Shown piece after piece: positions 7,570 through 13,591 of a stretch of 13,591 nucleotides of DNA. The stretch spans positions 1-13,591 of the forward strand of contig PRDH01000011.1 of assembly GCA_003345545.1 (NCBI GenBank), read 5' to 3'. How positions within the stretch are numbered: position 1 is the first letter of the stretch; each line of letters starts with the position of its first letter. The stretch is from Candidatus Thorarchaeota archaeon (GTDB lineage Archaea > Asgardarchaeota > Thorarchaeia > Thorarchaeales > Thorarchaeaceae). The notes below the pieces were generated by a model. The model worked only from the letters and a program-made list of their open reading frames with translations. It was not told the origin of the DNA and searched no databases. The position numbers and the translations under genes were made by a program.

Positions 7570-8661
7570 ATGGCAGACATCAGTGTTGAGTTGCTTGGAC
7601 TCAGATTCAGGAACCCGATTCTCACCGCAGCTGGACCGGCCTCGAGAGATGGTATGACACTCCTCAATGCAGCTGCAGGTGGAGCTGGTGGGCTTGTAGC
7701 CAAGACTGTGAGCGTCAGGCCGGCAGATGTCCCAAGGCCGAATATGGCAGCTCTCAAGGAGGGAAGAGTTGGATCAAGACTGGGTATGCTCAATGCGGAA
7801 CTCTGGAGTGAACTTCCCCTCGAAACTTGGCTTGAAAGAGAGTATCCGATAGCACTGAGCTCGGGGCTGCCACTGATTGCCAGTGTTGGGTACACTCCTA
7901 AAGATGTCAGCGCGATTGCGCCAAAACTAGAGAAGGCTGGCGCAAAGGCGATTGAGTTCAGTACGCACTATGTCGGAGGCCATGTTGAGATCGCTAAGGC
8001 GCTGAGAGATGCCGTGGACATCCCGATTATCGCGAAGCTGAGCCCAAAGGTGGATGTGGCAGAGGTGGCGCGAGCACTGGAGCCCTATGTTGACGCCATA
8101 GCTGCAATCAATACCTTTGGCCCATGTCTCAGGATAGACGTGGAGTCAGGAAGACCTATGCTTGGGAGCAGTGACGGTTACGGATGGATGAGTGGCTCTG
8201 CCCTGAAGCCCATAGCACTGAGATGTGTTGCGGATATTGCACAGGCCATCAGACTCCCGATTATTGGAGTGGGCGGTGTGATGTCAGGCGAAGATGTCAT
8301 CGAGTTCCTCATGGCAGGAGCATCAGCAGTTCAGGTGTGTACAGCCGCAATCCTTGAAGGGCATACGGTATACGGGAAGATAGCAGGACAGGTTGAGGAG
8401 TGGCTGGACAGACATGACTACTCCTCCATACAGGATGTCCAGGGAATGGCGCTTCAGCACTTGAAACAGGGGGTCTCTCTGGAGCCACCACCCACAGTAG
8501 ATCTGGACAAGTGTACACGCTGCGGACTATGTGAGAAGTCCTGCGTCTATGGAGCAATCACAGTGAAGAAATCAGAGAACATCTTTGCAATAGACGCTGA
8601 CAAGTGTGAGGCCTGTGGAATGTGCATCTCTGTATGCCCATACTATGCTCTTAGCTATTGA
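7570..8661 (+). CDS. Dihydropyrimidine dehydrogenase PreA/PydA-like (class 1 DHOD fold) FMN protein with C-terminal 2x[4Fe-4S]; non-canonical active-site loop
   Basis: FRNPILTAAGP, GGLVAKT, GMLNAELWSE, AKLSP, AINT, GWMSGSALKPIAL, IGVGGV, GASAVQVCTA. C-terminal CTRCGLCEKSC and CEACGMCISVC. The usual ELNxSCP loop reads IEFSTHYVGG. Confidence 0.88.
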   Translation: MADISVELLGLRFRNPILTAAGPASRDGMTLLNAAAGGAGGLVAKTVSVRPADVPRPNMAALKEGRVGSRLGMLNAELWSELPLETWLEREYPIALSSGLPLIASVGYTPKDVSAIAPKLEKAGAKAIEFSTHYVGGHVEIAKALRDAVDIPIIAKLSPKVDVAEVARALEPYVDAIAAINTFGPCLRIDVESGRPMLGSSDGYGWMSGSALKPIALRCVADIAQAIRLPIIGVGGVMSGEDVIEFLMAGASAVQVCTAAILEGHTVYGKIAGQVEEWLDRHDYSSIQDVQGMALQHLKQGVSLEPPPTVDLDKCTRCGLCEKSCVYGAITVKKSENIFAIDADKCEACGMCISVCPYYALSY

Positions 8662-8733
8662 GCGTTTCCCGATTGCCTCTGAGAGCACAAGCAGTTGTCT
8701 AAGCTGACTTGATGCATTATATCACTACAGTCC

Positions 8734-9918
8734 TCAGACAAAGAGGATATCATCGATGCCAGTGGTGAGTCTTCTAGCTCTCCCTTTGGTGACCGCATAG
8801 TCGTTTTCGATACGTACACCACCAACGGATTTCAGATAGACGCCTGGTTCAATGGCCATGACATGTCCCTCAAGGAATGGTTCCTCACGGCTGTACATGC
8901 TGGGCAATTCATGCACCTCAAGGCCTATACCATGCCCGAGCCCGTGCGTCATGCCGTCCTTCGCATCTGGATTGAGTCGACGGGAGTCGAACCCATGTTG
9001 CTTCAGGGTGTTGACACAGGCGAGGTTCACCTTATCGATGAGAGTACCATCAGTCAGAGCATCCACGGATGCTTCGGCAGCAGCAGCAACAGCATCGAAC
9101 ATCTTCTGCACGCGCCTTGGAACAGGTCCTCTCACAACAGTGCGAGTCACGTCGGCAACGTATCGTTCCAGTTTCAACCTTGGAAACACATCCATGATGA
9201 CAGGAGCTCCGCCCTTGAACCTGTCACCTTGCGCACCGAGATAGTGCCAGTCAAAGGCCTTGCTTCCGACTGCGACAATGGCATCCTCAGAGGACTCTGC
9301 CCCCCTGTCAAGCAGAAAGTGTTCCAGGGCCAGCTTGATCATTCCCACAGTCAGCGGGTTCCCCTTGTGCATCAGAACCTTGTTGGCTCCAATCGTGCTG
9401 TTCTTCACCATCTCTACGACCTGCATAATGGCACCAGTCGTCGCATCACCAGCCTTCTTGATGGTCTTGATCTCTTTCACAGACTTTCTGGCTCGCGCCT
9501 CAAGAACAAGGTCACGAACCACCTTGACGGTGTACCCCATCTTCTGAAGCATCACAAGCAGACTTGCAGGAAACTCATCAGGAACACCAAGAATCTTTCC
9601 TGAGAACTGAGCTCTCAATAGGGAGCCGTAGATCTGGTCCATGTTGTCATTGACCTTCTTGTTCTCATGGAGTATCTTCAGAACGACATCGGTGAAGTCA
9701 TGTGTGTGAGTGATGAAGCTCTCCTTTACGACGCGTTCAAGTGCGAGGAATGAGGCGGCTACAAGAGGCGCATCTCCGCGATTCTTGAGATAGATTATCT
9801 CGTCAGTGGAGCGAAATCCTGTCAGCCAATACACACTAGGATTGTCAAAGGCACTACCACATGTCAGTAGTGCGTCGATTCCATACCTCTCCATGAGGGG
9901 ATCTAGGTCTTCATACAT
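8734..9918 (-). CDS. M24 family metallopeptidase (Xaa-Pro dipeptidase/aminopeptidase P-like) with creatinase-like N-terminal domain
   Basis: Metal ligands D (MDVFP), D (ADVTRT), H (HGLGHGIGLEVHE), E (IEPGVY), E (GVRIEND); N-terminal SVYWLTGF. Start probably ATG 9918 (MYEDL) with GAGG upstream; GTG 9948 is the alternative. Confidence 0.92.
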   Translation of the reverse strand: MYEDLDPLMERYGIDALLTCGSAFDNPSVYWLTGFRSTDEIIYLKNRGDAPLVAASFLALERVVKESFITHTHDFTDVVLKILHENKKVNDNMDQIYGSLLRAQFSGKILGVPDEFPASLLVMLQKMGYTVKVVRDLVLEARARKSVKEIKTIKKAGDATTGAIMQVVEMVKNSTIGANKVLMHKGNPLTVGMIKLALEHFLLDRGAESSEDAIVAVGSKAFDWHYLGAQGDRFKGGAPVIMDVFPRLKLERYVADVTRTVVRGPVPRRVQKMFDAVAAAAEASVDALTDGTLIDKVNLACVNTLKQHGFDSRRLNPDAKDGMTHGLGHGIGLEVHELPSMYSREEPFLEGHVMAIEPGVYLKSVGGVRIENDYAVTKGRARRLTTGIDDILFV

Positions 9919-9968
9919 TTGACTTGCCTCGGCCCGATGATGGGGCACATCATGAAAAAGGCTTCTGT

Positions 9969-10877
9969 TTACGCCTGAATATACGCCCGCATGCGGGACT
10001 CAACCATGGACCGCGTGGGCATGTCATAGGGTCCCACAGACTCTACATTGAAGGAGGCACAGGTCGCCGCGAACAGCCCTGCGCGCCGGACATCACCAGA
10101 CCGCATGTACTCTAGCAGGAAACCAATCGTGTATGTGTCGCCGCAACCAGTCGTGTCTGCTTGGACCCTCGCAAGCACTAACGGAATCTTCACCTGTGAA
10201 TTTCGAGTATAGATGACGGAACCTCGTTGGCCATGAGTCACTAGAACTACTCTTGGACCAAGACTGAGTATCTGACTGGCGGCTGATAGCTCGGATTCTG
10301 CTCTAACTGTGGCGAACAACTCACTTACATGAAATTTCACGACGTCCACTAGTTCCAGAATCTCATCCCGCGCTGTCCAATTCTTTGGAGTGACCACCCC
10401 ACTACGGTCGATCGATCGGGTGTAGCCCTGAACATCGAGAGACGTGAGGGCGGCGCTTGAGCGGGCCTGTTTAATACACTCAGTGCTAATCTCTTCAGCT
10501 GTCAGCGGAGAGAAATGGATGACATTCGCCTCAAGATGGTCGTCTGTGAAGTCCTTTGGCCTGATTGGGGGAGCTAGCGCTTCCACATACTGAACGCGGG
10601 CACCAGAAGTATCATACTTGTTCACGAACCGTGTTGATTTCGGTCCCTCAGTGAGTAGTCCGGAGAGATCAAGACCTGAGGAGCGCAGGGTGTCACGATA
10701 GCTCTGCTCGAAGTCAGTTCCTACCTTCGTGACAATCCCAGCCCCGAATGCGCCAATAGAGGGGGCAAGCATTGCATAAGCAGTACCTCCTCCAAGCGCC
10801 TCTTTGGTAGTATTAGGCGTTATGATGAGGTCTCTGCTAAGATGACCTGCAACAACAATTTCCAATGGACTTCTCAC
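9969..10877 (-). CDS. PfkB/ribokinase family carbohydrate or nucleoside kinase
   Basis: N-terminal VAGHLSRD...LGGGTAY, KVGTDF, VTHGQRGS, anion-hole motif DTTGCGDTY, C-terminal AATCASFNVESVG. GTG start. Confidence 0.9.
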   Translation of the reverse strand: MRSPLEIVVAGHLSRDLIITPNTTKEALGGGTAYAMLAPSIGAFGAGIVTKVGTDFEQSYRDTLRSSGLDLSGLLTEGPKSTRFVNKYDTSGARVQYVEALAPPIRPKDFTDDHLEANVIHFSPLTAEEISTECIKQARSSAALTSLDVQGYTRSIDRSGVVTPKNWTARDEILELVDVVKFHVSELFATVRAESELSAASQILSLGPRVVLVTHGQRGSVIYTRNSQVKIPLVLARVQADTTGCGDTYTIGFLLEYMRSGDVRRAGLFAATCASFNVESVGPYDMPTRSMVESRMRAYIQA

Positions 10878-10918
10878 GACCCGAGCACTGAGAGGAGCCG
10901 TCCGATGCGGATGGTACC

Positions 10919-10983
10919 TTTAACTTATACGCTGAGATGTGGACTCTGTGCATAAGGCAATTGTTTTAATCGATTTTGGGCAT
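10919..10983. promoter_or_regulatory. Divergent promoter region: TATA-like TATAAGTTAAA (minus, 10929-10919) for pfkB, and TTTTAA (plus, 10964-10969) overlapping the 16-mer AATCGATTTTGGGCAT (10968-10983) for the moaD operon
   Basis: AT-rich boxes roughly 40 nt upstream of each divergent start. The 16-mer recurs at 4948-4963 with one mismatch. Confidence 0.4.
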
Positions 10984-11006
10984 CTCATCGCATTGGGTGT
11001 ACAATC

Positions 11007-11288
11007 TTGGCTCAGGTCACTGTGAAATTCTTTGCTACTGTCAGAGAAGTGACAGGGGTAAAGAGCAGAGAGATGGAGGCGAACACTATTAGAGACCTCC
11101 TTGATGGCTTGAAAGTGGCCTATGGAGAGAGGTTTACAGACACAGTGTTCGATAGAGCAACAGGCAATCTGAAGCAGTTCTATTCTTGCATGGTGAATGG
11201 TAGACGGATTGAGTTGCTTGATGGCTATGAAACGAAACTCTCAGACAATGATGCGGTGGCGCTGTTCCCACCTGTTGGGGGCGGATGA
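11007..11288 (+). CDS. moaD: MoaD/ThiS/SAMP ubiquitin-like sulfur carrier protein
   Basis: 93 aa, TTG start. VTVKFFATVRE N-terminus, VNGRRI, and DAVALFPPVGGG C-terminal di-glycine. Such genes commonly accompany AOR-family genes. Confidence 0.9.
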   Translation: MAQVTVKFFATVREVTGVKSREMEANTIRDLLDGLKVAYGERFTDTVFDRATGNLKQFYSCMVNGRRIELLDGYETKLSDNDAVALFPPVGGG

Positions 11289-11289
11289 G

Positions 11290-12699
11290 ATGAGTAGTTC
11301 ACTTACATCAAAACACAGGAAACAGACTGGCAGAGGAAGTGTGGACCTCGTCGTACGAAATGCGCAGCTATTGATGGAGTCTGGACTTGTGCGGGGAGGA
11401 CTAGGAGTCAAAGGAGGAACCATCTGCATCATCGCCACTGATGAGCATCTCCCCGAGGGAGATGTCACAATCGACGCACGAGAAAGAATCCTGATGCCAG
11501 GACTGATAGATGGGCATGCACACATCCATGACCCGGCTATGCTGTCCCACGAGAGCTTTCAATCAGGCTCCAGAGCTGCAGCAGGAGGGGGAGTCACGAC
11601 AGTCATCGATATGCCTCTGACCAGTCAAGTTGACTCAATCAAGTCGGTTGAAGAGAAGATACAGCAGGGCAAGGCACACTCAGTGGTCGATTTCAGCTTC
11701 TATGCAGGGATGATCAACTCTGGCAACGTATCTATCATACCGACCTTCATAGAGAAAGGAATTGCAGCCTTCAAGGCCTTTACCTGCGCACCCTATCAGG
11801 CAGGAACAGGAGTAATAGCAAAGGCCTTGAGTGAGGTCTCAGAGTACGGAGGACATCTCACAGTACACTCTGAGGACCAGGGTGTTCTTGATGAGTTCAA
11901 GAAGGACATGGATGGTGAATGGGATGCTCCAATCAGTCATTCACTGGCACGACCCAATCTTGCTGAGCAGCTTGCTGTAAGGCAGAACATCTCCCTGGCG
12001 GAACAGACAGGAGGCCACCTGCATATAGCGCACGTCACTACGCGAGAGGGTCTTAGTGAGATTGAGAGTGCAAAACTGCGTGGCATCATGGTGACTACAG
12101 AGGTATGTCCGCATCACCTTGTGTTCTATAGGGATGATATGAACCGTCTGGGGCCAAGAAGCAAGATGAACCCGCCTCTCAGGACCAAGGAGGACAGAGC
12201 TGCACTCTGGTCAGCACTGCTCCGAGGGATGATTGACATCACAGTGAGCGACCATGCGCCCTGTCCTATTGAGAAGAAAGAGGCGGGAAAAGATGATATC
12301 AGAGAGGCATGGGCGGGAGTCGATGGAACTCAGATGATTCTCAGGGTCCTGCTCTCAGAGGGAATCAACAAGGGAAGGCTCTCGTACACAAGGCTGCTCA
12401 GGGTGGCAGCACGGAACCCTGCACGTATCTTTGGCCTTTACCCAAAGAAAGGAACACTCCGGATAGGCTCTGATGCAGACTTCGTCATCATCGACCCCGA
12501 CAGAGAGGAGAAGATCACTGCAGAGATGATGTTCTCGAAGTGTGAGTGGACTCTCTATGAGGGAATGACAATGAAGGGCTCCCCGGAGATGACCTTCGTT
12601 CGGGGGACGCAGGTATTTGGCGACGGCAAAATACTCACCAAACCAGGACGAAGTGAATTCCAAGCTATGGGAAGCGGGGGACGACCAGTAGGAGAGTGA
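11290..12699 (+). CDS. Cyclic amidohydrolase (allantoinase/hydantoinase/dihydroorotase superfamily), most similar in motifs to allantoinase or L-hydantoinase
   Basis: PGLIDGHAH (HxH), AAAGGGVTTVIDMP, AFKAF (carbamylated Lys), VHSED, HIAHVT, EVCPHHL, KMNPPLR, SDHAP, AWAGV, NPARIFGLYPKKG. Start is ATG 11290, 1 nt after the moaD stop, or GTG 11341 (VDLVVRNA, GAGG upstream). Confidence 0.92.
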   Translation: MSSSLTSKHRKQTGRGSVDLVVRNAQLLMESGLVRGGLGVKGGTICIIATDEHLPEGDVTIDARERILMPGLIDGHAHIHDPAMLSHESFQSGSRAAAGGGVTTVIDMPLTSQVDSIKSVEEKIQQGKAHSVVDFSFYAGMINSGNVSIIPTFIEKGIAAFKAFTCAPYQAGTGVIAKALSEVSEYGGHLTVHSEDQGVLDEFKKDMDGEWDAPISHSLARPNLAEQLAVRQNISLAEQTGGHLHIAHVTTREGLSEIESAKLRGIMVTTEVCPHHLVFYRDDMNRLGPRSKMNPPLRTKEDRAALWSALLRGMIDITVSDHAPCPIEKKEAGKDDIREAWAGVDGTQMILRVLLSEGINKGRLSYTRLLRVAARNPARIFGLYPKKGTLRIGSDADFVIIDPDREEKITAEMMFSKCEWTLYEGMTMKGSPEMTFVRGTQVFGDGKILTKPGRSEFQAMGSGGRPVGE

Positions 12700-12702
12700 A
12701 TT

Positions 12703-13194
12703 GTGAGCGAACTCAAATTTGTCTTTGGCGACCCGCAAGTCTGTTCAGGCTGTATGATCTGCGTGAACGTATGCAGCATGTATTACTTCAAGGTGATAAG
12801 CCCAACACGGTCACGTGTGCGAGTTGTGAGAGCTGAGCCAGGTCTGGATTTCCCACTCTTCTGCCGCAACTGCGAGGATGCACCCTGCATCGATGCCTGC
12901 CCATCGGCTGCCTTGAGTCGCACCTCCAAGGGAATTGTCATTGTGAACAATAACAAGTGTGATGGTACAGGTGAGTGCGTTGAAGCTTGTCCGTACAATG
13001 CCATCCACATCAATCCGGACACAGGGAAAGCCATCAAGTGCATCCAGTGTGGCCAGTGCGTGGACCGCTGCCCTGCAGACGCCCTGTTCATGACCATGAA
13101 AGAGGACCTTGCCAAGAGGGATAAGGAGGGACGAATGATGGCACTGTACGAGAAGCATAAGACAGAGCTGTACGGCGAGGAGGAGGATTATTGA
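12703..13194 (+). CDS. Multi-cluster Fe-S electron-transfer protein (DmsB/HydN/AorA-like), probable small subunit of the second AOR
   Basis: CSGCMICVNVC, CRNCEDAPCIDAC, CDGTGECVEAC (one Cys replaced by Thr), CIQCGQCVDRC. GTG start; the stop overlaps the next ATG (TGATG). Confidence 0.93.
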   Translation: MSELKFVFGDPQVCSGCMICVNVCSMYYFKVISPTRSRVRVVRAEPGLDFPLFCRNCEDAPCIDACPSAALSRTSKGIVIVNNNKCDGTGECVEACPYNAIHINPDTGKAIKCIQCGQCVDRCPADALFMTMKEDLAKRDKEGRMMALYEKHKTELYGEEEDY

Positions 13195-13591
13195 TGTTCG
13201 GTATGGGTGGGGAGATCATCCGGGTTGACCTGACAACGGGAAGCATCAAGAAAGAGCCCATTGACAAGAAGCTAGTCCGCAAATACCTCTTGGGAGCCGG
13301 ATATCTCTCGAGGGTCCTCTATGATATGATTCCTGGAGGAACAGATCCGCTAGGAAAAGACAACGTTCTTGGATTTGCAACAGGCCTGCTCACTGGATCC
13401 ATGTTTCCTCAGTCCTCGAGACACGTCATTGCCGCACTATCACCTCTGACAAATATCTGGGGAGAGAGTCACGCAGCAGGATTCTGGGGGCCAGAACTCA
13501 AGCTTGCAGGCTATGATGCCATCATATTCACTGGAGCGTCGCCAACGCCTGTTTACCTGCATATCGAAGACTCAATCATCGAGCTTCTGGA
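13194..13591 (+). CDS. aor: Second AOR/WOR-family tungsten oxidoreductase, N-terminal part (3'-partial)
   Basis: Manual translation from ATG 13194 (GGAGGAGG upstream): MFGMGGEIIRVDLTTGSIKKEPIDKKLVRKYLLGAGYLSRVLYDMIPGGTDPLGKDNVLGFATGLLTGSMFPQSSRHVIAALSPLTNIWGESHAAGFWGPELKLAGYDAIIFTGASPTPVYLHIEDSIIELL, a classic AFOR_N sequence open to the window end. Not in the ORF track. Confidence 0.93.
   Translation, partial: MFGMGGEIIRVDLTTGSIKKEPIDKKLVRKYLLGAGYLSRVLYDMIPGGTDPLGKDNVLGFATGLLTGSMFPQSSRHVIAALSPLTNIWGESHAAGFWGPELKLAGYDAIIFTGASPTPVYLHIEDSIIELL

Noticed and set aside
7951-7980. Selenocysteine or recoding as the explanation for the missing catalytic Cys
   Set aside because: The codons are ATT GAG TTC AGT ACG CAC TAT with no TGA; no in-frame TGA read-through candidate was noticed in the other CDS.
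8662-8733. Bidirectional terminator between the convergent PreA-like and M24 genes
   Set aside because: No convincing hairpin or oligo-T tract is visible on either strand.
8863-9603. 246 aa plus-strand ORF (and 8852..9244, 9260..9547)
   Set aside because: Entirely antisense to the motif-complete M24 peptidase, with no recognisable domain; a shadow ORF.
11197-11289. N-terminal extension of the amidohydrolase
   Set aside because: It overlaps moaD in another frame; family similarity begins near 11341.
7570-12699. Reading the DHOD-like and DHOase-like genes as pyrD/pyrC of pyrimidine biosynthesis
   Set aside because: The DHOD-like protein has PreA-type C-terminal Fe-S clusters and no catalytic Cys, the amidohydrolase lacks the PyrC Arg and Asn, and no pyrB/E/F/K is present.
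1-13591. CRISPR array, IS/transposase, integrase, tRNA/rRNA
   Set aside because: No regularly spaced repeats, terminal inverted repeats, recombinase motifs or RNA-gene signatures; nearly all sequence is accounted for by metabolic and regulatory CDS.

Overview
Gene-dense prokaryotic window, most likely archaeal. The soluble multi-PAS kinase with an LLDLLLHDIGNQLQ H-box, paired tungsten AORs and a SAMP/MoaD-type protein would fit an anaerobic sediment archaeon such as Thorarchaeota, but that placement is inference. There are 13 CDS in four blocks. (1) Minus strand: 3xPAS histidine kinase, COG0402 deaminase, SAM methyltransferase, and a GNAT fused to an apparent SSB/RPA-type OB fold (cut by the window edge, absent from the ORF track). 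(2) Plus strand: 4x[4Fe-4S] protein, AOR-family W-oxidoreductase, and a PreA/DHOD-like FMN/Fe-S protein lacking the catalytic Cys. (3) Minus strand: PfkB kinase and M24 peptidase. (4) Plus strand: MoaD/SAMP, allantoinase/hydantoinase-like cyclic amidohydrolase, a second Fe-S protein and a second AOR (partial, absent from the ORF track). The main signal is that two Fe-S+AOR modules are each co-transcribed with an N-heterocycle ring-processing enzyme, next to a guanine-type deaminase and a PfkB kinase, and the two divergent promoter regions share a 15/16-nt motif. This suggests a co-regulated, tungsten-enzyme-based anaerobic nucleobase/N-heterocycle catabolic system with non-canonical active sites. 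No RNA genes, CRISPR arrays or mobile elements were seen.
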